A stretch of DNA of 64,000 nucleotides from Candidatus Krumholzibacteriia bacterium (lineage in GTDB: Bacteria > Krumholzibacteriota > Krumholzibacteriia > LZORAL124-64-63): positions 33,491 to 97,490 of the forward strand of contig JAWOID010000061.1 of assembly GCA_046484865.1 (NCBI GenBank), in the 5' to 3' direction. Below the pieces are notes generated by a model that searched no databases, was not told the DNA's origin, and worked only from the letters and a program-made list of their open reading frames with translations. Within the stretch, counting starts at the first letter, position 1, and each line of letters opens with the position of its first letter. The position numbers and the translations under genes were made by a program. Positions 53,633-61,970 of the stretch are shown here, in pieces.

Positions 53633-56053
53633 GGCGCTGCGAACGGTCGCCGAGCCGCCGATGACCTCGATCCGCCAGCTCGCCGGGACCGGTCCGGCGA
53701 ACTCCAGCTCCACCTCCAGCTCGCCGCCGGAAGCCGCAACCGCAACCGCCGTGCCCGCGCGGGCCGCTCCGGTCTTCCGCTCGCGATCCAGTTGCGACAG
53801 CGGCGCCGCCGCATGCGACCGGCGCACGGTCACCCGGCAGGGGATGTCTCCGATCACCGTCGTCACCGCGAGCTGCGGCCAGGCGTCCGGCAGCGACGGC
53901 CGCACGACGATCGTCGGCGTCTGCGCCGTGAGATCCACCCGCAGCCCCAGGTAGTCGTCGGCGACGGTCCGTAGCAGTTCCGACAGCGACCAGGCCTGGC
54001 TCGTCGCCCCGCCGAACTCGTCGTTGTTCGGCGCGCGGTCGCCATCGCGGATCTCCTGCAAGGTCCCCGCCGCCCCCTCGTCCAGGATCTCGTCCAGCAG
54101 CATGCGCGTCTGCGCGAACCCGGCGCGGGGCTCGGCCAGCGCCGAGACGTACGCACCGCTCAGCCAGAGCCAGACGTCGCCGTTGTGATAGGCGTCGTCG
54201 TAGTGATGACGGGCGAGGTCGAGGTGCCGGGCATGGTAGGCCGGGTCCGCGGCCGCCAGGGAGCGCACGCCCCAGGGCATCACCAATTGCTCGGCCGCCT
54301 GCGCGACCACGGCGGCGCGTTCTCCGGCGGAGAAGAGGTCCGGTGCCGCCAGGACGGCGAGCAGACCGTTCGGCCGAACCTGGCGATCGGCCGTTCCGTC
54401 GGGGTTCAGATGGTCGGCCAGGATGCCGTCGACCCAGAACCGGGCCTGGAAATTCGCCGCCAGGCGCACCGCCAGCTGCCGGTATCGCTCTTCCAGCACC
54501 GCCGGGCCGAGCCCGCCCGGCGGATCGGGCAGATCCGGGCAGCGCGCCACGAGCCGGGCGGCGGTCGTCAGCCCGCGCTGGAAGAGCGCCTGCAGCTCGA
54601 CGGCACGATCGCCGCGCGGCGAGCGGGGGTTCTGCTCGCCGCCGGCATCCATCCAGGTCTCGCCGTCGCCATGGGTGAGAAAGCCCTCGGCGTCGACGGC
54701 GTGGCGCAACGCGCCCTCGACCGCGCGCAGCACCACCGGCGCCATCTCGCAGGCGAACGCGTCGTCCCCGCTGCGCCGCCACAGTTCGTCCAGCGCGCGC
54801 ACGAACCACCAGGTGCCGTCGACGCCGGCGTACTGGACCTCCTCGACGGTGACGTAGTTGGGCAGGCGTCCCGCGCGCGGGCTGGCCGGGTCGCTCTCCT
54901 GGTGGCTCGCGAAGGAGCGCAGGATCAGCCGCGCGGTCTCGAACTCGCCGCTGGCGATGCACGCTCCCGGCAGGACGATGAAGCTGTCGCGCCCCCAGTA
55001 GGTGGTGAACCAGTGGAACCCGGCATAGATGCCCACTCCCCGCTGTTCCATCACCAGGTTGTCAAGCGAGATCCGCGCCCAGGCCAGCGCGCGGTCGTCC
55101 CGCCCCACTCCGGTCGTCACGGCGGTGCTCCGCAGCAGGTCGTCCAGGCGTCGCTCGCGCGCGGCGATCAGATCGCGGGCCCCGGCACGCAGCTCCCGAG
55201 CGCGAGCGAGCGCCTCGTCGGCCGTGGCCGCGGCCGCGCACACGACTTCCACGCTCCCGCCCACCCCGCGGGGGGGGATCAGCCCGGTGATCACGCCCGG
55301 CAGCCAGGGCGTCGCCTGCTCCATCGCCTTCCGAGCAGCCCCCTTCGGGTAGCGGGTGGGTACGTGCCGCCCCTCGGACTGGAAGCCGTCGGCGCCGCGC
55401 ACCGCGATGGCGAGCCAGGGCGGTGGCGGCTCGCCCGCGGGCGCGCTGCGGCGATCCTCCCGGGCGACCAGCAGCACACCCTCGCGCCATTCGGTGACGT
55501 AGGCGACCCTCCCCGGTCGCCACAGGAACCGCATATCCACCCGCGGCACGAAGGCGAAACGGCCGCCCGGCACGCCGTCGTAGCGCAGGACGAAGCCGTC
55601 GGCACGGTCGAGGAGCGTGACGGTCTCGGTGACCTCGGCACCCCCGGGCAACCGGAAGTCCCGCTCCAGGCGGTCGGGCCGTACGCGCGCGCGCACCGCG
55701 GTCCGGGGCGCCAGCTCGGTCCCGTCCTCGAGCCGCAACGACCAGCCGTCGAGCAGCTCGTGCATCGCCACGTAGAAGCCGTGATAGGCGCGCGTGCTCT
55801 CGCCGATCGCCTCGCCCGCCAGGTGCGCCGCGCCCTTGTCGGTGAAGATGAACTCGCGCGGATGCTCCGGCGTCACGGTGATGGCCAGGTCGGCGAGCCG
55901 CGGCAGGAACGGATCCGGTTCGAGAGCGCTGGTCGTCACGTCGGGATCTCCGGTGGCGGGTGCGGCCTGCGGCGCCGCCGCCGTCGAGCCTTTCGCCAGG
56001 ATCAGGCCGATCAGCAGGATCGGGACGGCTGAGCAGGCTGTCGATCTGGTCAT
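53606..56053 (-). CDS. Amylo-alpha-1,6-glucosidase (GH133 / glycogen debranching enzyme C-domain) with apparent signal peptide
   Basis: AGFHWFTTYWGRDSFI, GRLPN, VDGTWWF, TWMDA, RGDRAVELQALF, VRPN, YHNGDVWLWL and SQAWS; hydrophobic N-terminus. The 3' end overlaps malK by 27 bp. Confidence 0.87.
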   Translation of the reverse strand: MTRSTACSAVPILLIGLILAKGSTAAAPQAAPATGDPDVTTSALEPDPFLPRLADLAITVTPEHPREFIFTDKGAAHLAGEAIGESTRAYHGFYVAMHELLDGWSLRLEDGTELAPRTAVRARVRPDRLERDFRLPGGAEVTETVTLLDRADGFVLRYDGVPGGRFAFVPRVDMRFLWRPGRVAYVTEWREGVLLVAREDRRSAPAGEPPPPWLAIAVRGADGFQSEGRHVPTRYPKGAARKAMEQATPWLPGVITGLIPPRGVGGSVEVVCAAAATADEALARARELRAGARDLIAARERRLDDLLRSTAVTTGVGRDDRALAWARISLDNLVMEQRGVGIYAGFHWFTTYWGRDSFIVLPGACIASGEFETARLILRSFASHQESDPASPRAGRLPNYVTVEEVQYAGVDGTWWFVRALDELWRRSGDDAFACEMAPVVLRAVEGALRHAVDAEGFLTHGDGETWMDAGGEQNPRSPRGDRAVELQALFQRGLTTAARLVARCPDLPDPPGGLGPAVLEERYRQLAVRLAANFQARFWVDGILADHLNPDGTADRQVRPNGLLAVLAAPDLFSAGERAAVVAQAAEQLVMPWGVRSLAAADPAYHARHLDLARHHYDDAYHNGDVWLWLSGAYVSALAEPRAGFAQTRMLLDEILDEGAAGTLQEIRDGDRAPNNDEFGGATSQAWSLSELLRTVADDYLGLRVDLTAQTPTIVVRPSLPDAWPQLAVTTVIGDIPCRVTVRRSHAAAPLSQLDRERKTGAARAGTAVAVAASGGELEVELEFAGPVPASWRIEVIGGSATVRSASAAIGGGR

Positions 56054-56161
56054 CGTGGAACCTCGGCTGGAGCCCCGTGCCTGGCGGACGTGCCATTCTC
56101 TCAGAGGCGGTCGCCGGCGGCAACCCGGCGGTGGGAGTCGCGACGGGGGGCCTGTGCGCCG

Positions 56162-59044
56162 TCAGTGCGGGCGGTTCAGAGCCGCGAGCCGGAGGCGTGC
56201 CGAGTCGGCCGGTGCAAAGTCGAGATCGGCGTGAGCCCACAGGTCGAGCGCGCGGCCGTACCACTGCGACGCTTCCTCGCGGCGATTCCGAGCGCGCAGG
56301 ACGTCCCCCAGTGCCATGGCCGCGGTGGTATGTCCACCGTGACGCGCCAGCAACTCGCGCAGGGCGCGCTCGGCCGCAGCGGTGCGTCCCAGCGCCTGCA
56401 GAGCGGCGATCTCGGCATCGAGCACCTCGATCTCGAAGGCGCCGCCCGGCGCCCAGCCGGCCTCGCGGATCTGGCCGACGATCGTCAGGACGCCGGCCGG
56501 GTCGCCGGCGGCTTCGCGCGCCGCGAGGCGCGCGCGGCGGGCGAAGTAGCGCGCGAGCCCGCCCACCGCCGCCTCCGCGGCGTCGAGTTCCGCGGCGGCA
56601 GCCTCCGCCGCGCTCACCGACCCTGCGCGTGCGAGAGCCAGCGCCTCGTTATGCTTGGCGTTGAACCAGGCCGACCTCCCGGCCGAGTCGGCCAGCACGG
56701 CGCCGGCCCAGGCCAGGACCGGCTCGTGCTTTCCGGCCGCCAGCAGGAAACGCATGCGGCGGCCCTCGATCGCCAGACGCAGACCGGCGGCTTCCGACCA
56801 CGCCACCGCCGAGTCGAACGCCGCCTGCGCGTCGCCCAGCCGGCCCTGTTCGCCGTAGAGCATGGCGAGCGACGGCCGGTACGACGACGAGGTGAGCACG
56901 CGGATGCGGTCTCCTGCCGCGAGCCGTTCGTCGCGAGCGAGTTCCTCGAGCCGCGTGACCGCTGCCGCCAGATCGCCCCGCGCGTAGTCGCACCGCGCGA
57001 GCTGGATGCGTGCGAGTAGAAAGCCGGGATCGAGTTCCAGAGCGCGACGCACGGCGGCCTCTGCGCTGTCCGGTTCCGCGACATCGAGCCAGCGCGCCGC
57101 CAGTTCGTGCCAGCGAGCGACGTCCCGCGGCGCCAGTCGCACGCATTCGCGCGCCGTGGCGAGCGCACCCTCGGCGTCACCGAGAGCGGCGAGCGCCTCT
57201 TGCTGGTAGTCGAGCAGAACGTCGTCGTCCCGGTAGTAGCGCAATGCCTCGGCGACCGCCCGGCGGACATCCGCGAAGTAACCATGGTGGTAGAGGAACT
57301 CGATCTCTTCCAGCAGGGCGTCGCGGTCGTCGGGCCACTCCCGGCGCAGCTCGGCGAAGATCGCGCGCGCGTCCGCGAGGCGATACTCGAGCTTGGCCAC
57401 CCAGGACTCCACCCGCAAGCGATCCTTGCGGCTCAGCCGTTCGCGGTGCCGCCAGGCCGCCAGGGCGTGCTTCCGCGTGAGCTGCGGATCGCCCAGCCCG
57501 CCGATGACATTGTCGTGGAACCTGCTCAGGGCGAGCTGGGCGATGGCGAAGGTCGAATCGAGCTCGACGGCATGCGCGAGCGCTTCTCGCGCCTGGGCAT
57601 ACTGCTCGCTCCGCAGAGCGAGACGCCCCTCCAGGTAGCTGCGCAGAGCGGCCTGCGACGACGTGGTGAGCCGCGCCACCGGGACGGCGGGCCGGGCGGG
57701 CCGGCCGCCACCGAGTCCGGCGAGGACCGGCACCACGCCGGCGATGACCCGGTCGGCCAGGGCGGTCCAGCTCTCGCCCTCCTCCTGGTGGGCGGCGAGG
57801 TTGCTGCCCTCGCGCACGTCGATCAACCGCCAGGCCACCACGCGCCGGTCGTCCAGGAGCGCCAGGTTGCCTGCCAGCAGATGGGTGGCGCCTGCCTCGC
57901 GGGCCACCGCCAGCGCCCGCTCGGCTGCGAGCGGCGCCTCCGCGTCGCCGAACCGCCGGCGGGCGATCTCCTGCAGGTGCTCGCGCGAGATCAGGCGGCC
58001 CGGGACCGCCTCGGTGAGCCCGGTGGCCAGCAGTTCGGTCAGGCCGGCGGCCAGGACCGCATCGCTGCCACCGTCGAGATCGCGCAGGTCGGCCACGGCG
58101 AGCACCGGTCCGGAAGGACCGCCGCCGAGCAGCACGCGCAGGACGATCGCGAACGCCAGCCCCGCGACCGCCAGTGTCGCCAGGAGCGCTCGGCGCCCGA
58201 TCCAGCGGGACACAGGGACCGCCGCGGGACCGATCTGCACCGTGGGCGTCTCGCTACGCAGCCACGCCTGGAGACTCACCGCGTCGGCCGGCCTGGCAGC
58301 CGGATCACGGGCGAGGACCACGTCCACCAGCCGGCCGATCTGGGAGCCGTCGCCCCCGCTCCCCTCGGTCAGCCGGGGAGGATCGCGCGTCAGGATCTCG
58401 TGGATGATCGCAGCAGCCTGCGTGCCGCGGAAAACGCGCTCGCCGGTGCTCATCTCGTGCAGCGTCACGCCCAGCGACCAGAGATCGCTGCGCGGCGTCG
58501 CCGGCTCGCCCCGGAGCACCTCGGGCGCCATGTAAGCGATGGTGCCGGCGATATGGCCGGGCGGGATGGCCAGCGAGCCGGCCCGGGTTCCGGCGAGCCC
58601 GAAGTCCATCAGCTTGATCACGCCGTCCGGCGTGATCATCACGTTCTCGGGCTTGATGTCCCGGTGCACGATGCCCGCGGCGTGCGCGGCGGCCAGGCCG
58701 GCGATCATCTGGCCGCCGATGTCCAGCACGTCCGGCAGCGACAGCGGCCCGTCCTCGAGCAAGTTCCGCAGCGTGCGACCCTCGACGTGCTCGAGGACCA
58801 GGTACGGCTGCCCCTCGTGCTCGCCGAGCTCGTGCACCGTGCAGACGTTCGGGTGATTGAGGGCGGCTGCCGCCCGTGCCTCCAGGCCGAGCCGCTCGGG
58901 CGGACACTCCTGCTCACCGGCGAGCAGGAACTTGATCGCGACGCGCCGGCGCAAGGTGAGGTCCTGCGCCAGGTAGACCTCGCCCATGGCACCCCGGCCG
59001 AGGCGCTCCTCGAGGCGATAGTGTCCGATCTCGGATCCGATCAC
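56162..59044 (-). CDS. Hanks-type Ser/Thr protein kinase with TM segment and C-terminal TPR repeats
   Basis: LGRGAMGEVYLA, VAIK, HRDIKPEN, DFGLA, YMAPE and SDLWSLG; a TM helix; an alpha-helical TPR-like tail. GTG start assumed at 59044. Confidence 0.92.
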   Translation of the reverse strand: MIGSEIGHYRLEERLGRGAMGEVYLAQDLTLRRRVAIKFLLAGEQECPPERLGLEARAAAALNHPNVCTVHELGEHEGQPYLVLEHVEGRTLRNLLEDGPLSLPDVLDIGGQMIAGLAAAHAAGIVHRDIKPENVMITPDGVIKLMDFGLAGTRAGSLAIPPGHIAGTIAYMAPEVLRGEPATPRSDLWSLGVTLHEMSTGERVFRGTQAAAIIHEILTRDPPRLTEGSGGDGSQIGRLVDVVLARDPAARPADAVSLQAWLRSETPTVQIGPAAVPVSRWIGRRALLATLAVAGLAFAIVLRVLLGGGPSGPVLAVADLRDLDGGSDAVLAAGLTELLATGLTEAVPGRLISREHLQEIARRRFGDAEAPLAAERALAVAREAGATHLLAGNLALLDDRRVVAWRLIDVREGSNLAAHQEEGESWTALADRVIAGVVPVLAGLGGGRPARPAVPVARLTTSSQAALRSYLEGRLALRSEQYAQAREALAHAVELDSTFAIAQLALSRFHDNVIGGLGDPQLTRKHALAAWRHRERLSRKDRLRVESWVAKLEYRLADARAIFAELRREWPDDRDALLEEIEFLYHHGYFADVRRAVAEALRYYRDDDVLLDYQQEALAALGDAEGALATARECVRLAPRDVARWHELAARWLDVAEPDSAEAAVRRALELDPGFLLARIQLARCDYARGDLAAAVTRLEELARDERLAAGDRIRVLTSSSYRPSLAMLYGEQGRLGDAQAAFDSAVAWSEAAGLRLAIEGRRMRFLLAAGKHEPVLAWAGAVLADSAGRSAWFNAKHNEALALARAGSVSAAEAAAAELDAAEAAVGGLARYFARRARLAAREAAGDPAGVLTIVGQIREAGWAPGGAFEIEVLDAEIAALQALGRTAAAERALRELLARHGGHTTAAMALGDVLRARNRREEASQWYGRALDLWAHADLDFAPADSARLRLAALNRPH

Positions 59045-59120
59045 GGCCTTCGCGTCGCGGCGGACGCGCTCCCGCCGGAAGCTTATCGCAACCCGGCGCA
59101 CAGGTACATAGCCCTGCGGA

Positions 59121-61709
59121 TCACCGGACCAGCGAGACCTTCTGCATCACCGTCCGGTCCAGCGCCCGCGCGCGCCAGACATAGAGGCCGGATGCCGCCG
59201 CGCGGCCCTCCGCGTCCATGCCGTCCCAGCTCAGCCGGCCCGGTCCAGCCGGCACCTCGGCGTCCATGAGCGTGCGCACCAGTCGCCCGCGCAGATCGAA
59301 GACCTCCACCCGCAGCCGGCCCGGCACCGGCAGGTCGTACGCGATGGTCAGGCGCGGATTGAAGGGGTTCGGAGCGCTGCTGGCCGAGAACCGGGGCCGC
59401 CTCGGCACCTCTGTCGGTGAGCCCCAGGGCCCCGGGTGCCCGCAGAACCCGAGGATGTCGCCGAGCAGCTGCGTCCGCGCCGCCAGGAGCACCTCTCCCG
59501 GATCATGGCCCGGTCCGTTTACGATGGTGGCGAACGCGAAGGGGAACAGCAGTACGTCCGAGAGGTTGACGGGATCCCGGCGCCAGGTCGCCGCGGCCAC
59601 GATGTAGGAGCCCGTGCCGCCGCCGCGGGCTGCGAACTCCGCGATCCGCGTGGTGCCCGGCAAGGGCACCACCGCGTCGGGGGTGACGAGCGCCGGATCG
59701 GCGTTCACCACCCAGCGGCGGTCGTCCCCGAGAACCGCATTGCCGGCGACCGCGAATGCCTCCGGGTGCGTCTGGTTCTCGATCGACGAGGCGACATCCT
59801 CGTGCACCACCGAGATCCCTAGCCAGGCGGAGAGGAACGCCGGTCCCACCGTGGACGAAGCGGCGAGTTCGCTGGCGACGTTGTCGCCGAACATGACCAG
59901 TTTCCTCTCGCCGAAGGCCAGCCAGTCGGAGAGCAAGGTCACGTCGTCACCGGTCTCGCCGGCCTCCAGGGTGGCAAGGGTGTAGCGGGTGGCATGGCCG
60001 CAGGTGTAGATGATGCTCCGGTAACCGGCGAGCTGGGCGGCGGTGGCACGGTCGATGCCGTTCCCCAGTCCGGAACCAGCGCCGTTGGTGTAGTACAGGT
60101 CGAAGTCGACGCCTTCCCGCAGGCCGAGGTTGCGCAGTGCGATGGACCAGACGGCGCGTTCCTGCGTCTCGGTGGTGTCGAACCACAGCAGCACCGGCGG
60201 CTGGTCCCCGGGCGTGGTGGTATGCAGCGAGGGGAGCGCCCGGAAGGCGAACTCCGGCGGATAGCCGAACGGATCATAGCCCGCGCGAGCGGGAAAGACT
60301 GAATAGCCGGTCGTGTCACCGGGGAAGATCGTCAGGCCGCCGCCGGTGTCCCGGACCTCGACGAACGCGTGCAAAAGGTCGCCCGGGTACAGGAAGCCGC
60401 TGTCCGGCAGATCCACGCGCCAGAAATCGCCGGACGGCTGGAGTTCCACCGCCCCCTCGGCCGGGTAGCCGGAGCTACGGTAGGTATCGAACAGCGGATT
60501 CTTCCGCAGGCGGTAACGCAGCAGCGGCGCTCCGTCCAGCACCGTCCCCTCGGCCGGGATGAACTTGAAGGAGGTGGAATCCCCCGGATCGCTGGCGCGT
60601 ATACCCTCGCCGTTCCGTCCGGCGACGGCGCCGAGAATCGGTGCGACGGTGCTGTTGCGCGCAGCATCATAGCGCACGGTGTTGGTGCCGAGGTGAACGA
60701 GGTCGATGGCGCCGGATTCAGGGAAGGAGTCCTGCGCCATGTCGAAGTCGCACGCGAAGGCCAGCGGATCGTCCGCCGATTCCCCGCGGACAGTGACGTT
60801 GTCGAAGTAGGGTCCAGGCGTGACGTCCAGGCCGATTATGCCCCACGCCTGGCCCAGCTGAGCGACGCCCAGGGCCAGCTGGACATACCGGGCCCCGGGC
60901 ACCAGCAGGTCCGTGATCACGCGCTCGACGTGCACCTCGTCGGGGCCTCCGTAATACGCAACCCCCCGATCGCGCCAGGCCGCGCCCGCGATGTCGGCCG
61001 GGTCGCTGCTGGCGGTGGACCGCACGTGCCAGACCACGCACATGCCGGGATTTCCGGCGCGCAGCGGCTCGTGCACGAAGGCGTCGAACCCGAGCACGGC
61101 CCGGGGGCGATGTGCCGGCCACGGCAGCACCGGCGAGTGGATCTCGTTCCACAGATAGTTGCCCGGTCCAGCCAGACCGCCCGTGGCATTGAGAGTCCAT
61201 CCGTAAGGCCCGTAGCACCAGGTCCAGCAGGACGAACCGCCGGTGCCCGGCACGATCATGCCGTCGTCGACGAAGCCCCAGCGCGGCGAGCGGTTCGCAG
61301 GCAGCCCGCTGCTCGGCCCCAGCGCGTCCAGTGCGTTCCACACCTGCCCGAAGGCGCCCACTCCGGTGCCCGACCGGTCGACGCAGATCCAACCCTGGGG
61401 GTCAGCCGCGCCGGAGGCAGTCTGGAATCGACCGCCCAGCGAGTCCGCCGGTCCGCCCAGCACCCAGGTGGTGTCGCTCTTGGCCGGCGGCGTCGTCCCG
61501 GTCAGTCCCTGCTCGACCAATTCCTTCTGATTCAGGGGGACGAGGGCACCGACCTGGGGCAGAGCGTCGGGTTGCACCGGATCGCCACGTGCTAATCCCC
61601 CGCTGGCCGGCGCGTCGCCGGCCTGGAAGAGTGCGAGGACGATGGTCGCCCCCATGAGCCATCCGGCGCCGGGCGCCAGGTGGATATGTTCGGTCGCGGT
61701 CGCTCTCAT
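59121..61709 (-). CDS. Secreted hypothetical protein with FlgD-Ig-like CTD
   Basis: RBS GGGAGG; hydrophobic signal; C-terminal SAPNPFNPRLTIAY...WDGMDAEG..AASGLYVWR. No catalytic motif recognised. Confidence 0.78.
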   Translation of the reverse strand: MRATATEHIHLAPGAGWLMGATIVLALFQAGDAPASGGLARGDPVQPDALPQVGALVPLNQKELVEQGLTGTTPPAKSDTTWVLGGPADSLGGRFQTASGAADPQGWICVDRSGTGVGAFGQVWNALDALGPSSGLPANRSPRWGFVDDGMIVPGTGGSSCWTWCYGPYGWTLNATGGLAGPGNYLWNEIHSPVLPWPAHRPRAVLGFDAFVHEPLRAGNPGMCVVWHVRSTASSDPADIAGAAWRDRGVAYYGGPDEVHVERVITDLLVPGARYVQLALGVAQLGQAWGIIGLDVTPGPYFDNVTVRGESADDPLAFACDFDMAQDSFPESGAIDLVHLGTNTVRYDAARNSTVAPILGAVAGRNGEGIRASDPGDSTSFKFIPAEGTVLDGAPLLRYRLRKNPLFDTYRSSGYPAEGAVELQPSGDFWRVDLPDSGFLYPGDLLHAFVEVRDTGGGLTIFPGDTTGYSVFPARAGYDPFGYPPEFAFRALPSLHTTTPGDQPPVLLWFDTTETQERAVWSIALRNLGLREGVDFDLYYTNGAGSGLGNGIDRATAAQLAGYRSIIYTCGHATRYTLATLEAGETGDDVTLLSDWLAFGERKLVMFGDNVASELAASSTVGPAFLSAWLGISVVHEDVASSIENQTHPEAFAVAGNAVLGDDRRWVVNADPALVTPDAVVPLPGTTRIAEFAARGGGTGSYIVAAATWRRDPVNLSDVLLFPFAFATIVNGPGHDPGEVLLAARTQLLGDILGFCGHPGPWGSPTEVPRRPRFSASSAPNPFNPRLTIAYDLPVPGRLRVEVFDLRGRLVRTLMDAEVPAGPGRLSWDGMDAEGRAAASGLYVWRARALDRTVMQKVSLVR

Positions 61710-61970
61710 GATCGTTCCTCCCGTGCGCCCGCCGTCCACTATCGACTGGCGGAGGCGTCCGTCCCTGGGGTACGGTTACGCGGGCGGCGTCCAGAGCAGC
61801 GAAGCATGGCGGCGGCATCCCCCCGGGCGCCGCGAAACTGATCGAAGCTTATCATGTTCGGGCGAGGCCTCGGGAGATTTTCTGCGTCGCCGACGGGCAC
61901 GCCGTCCGGGGAGCAGCGAGCTGCCCCCTGGCCCCGCCGCCGGCGTTCACGCCGGACAGAAGGTAGCGAC

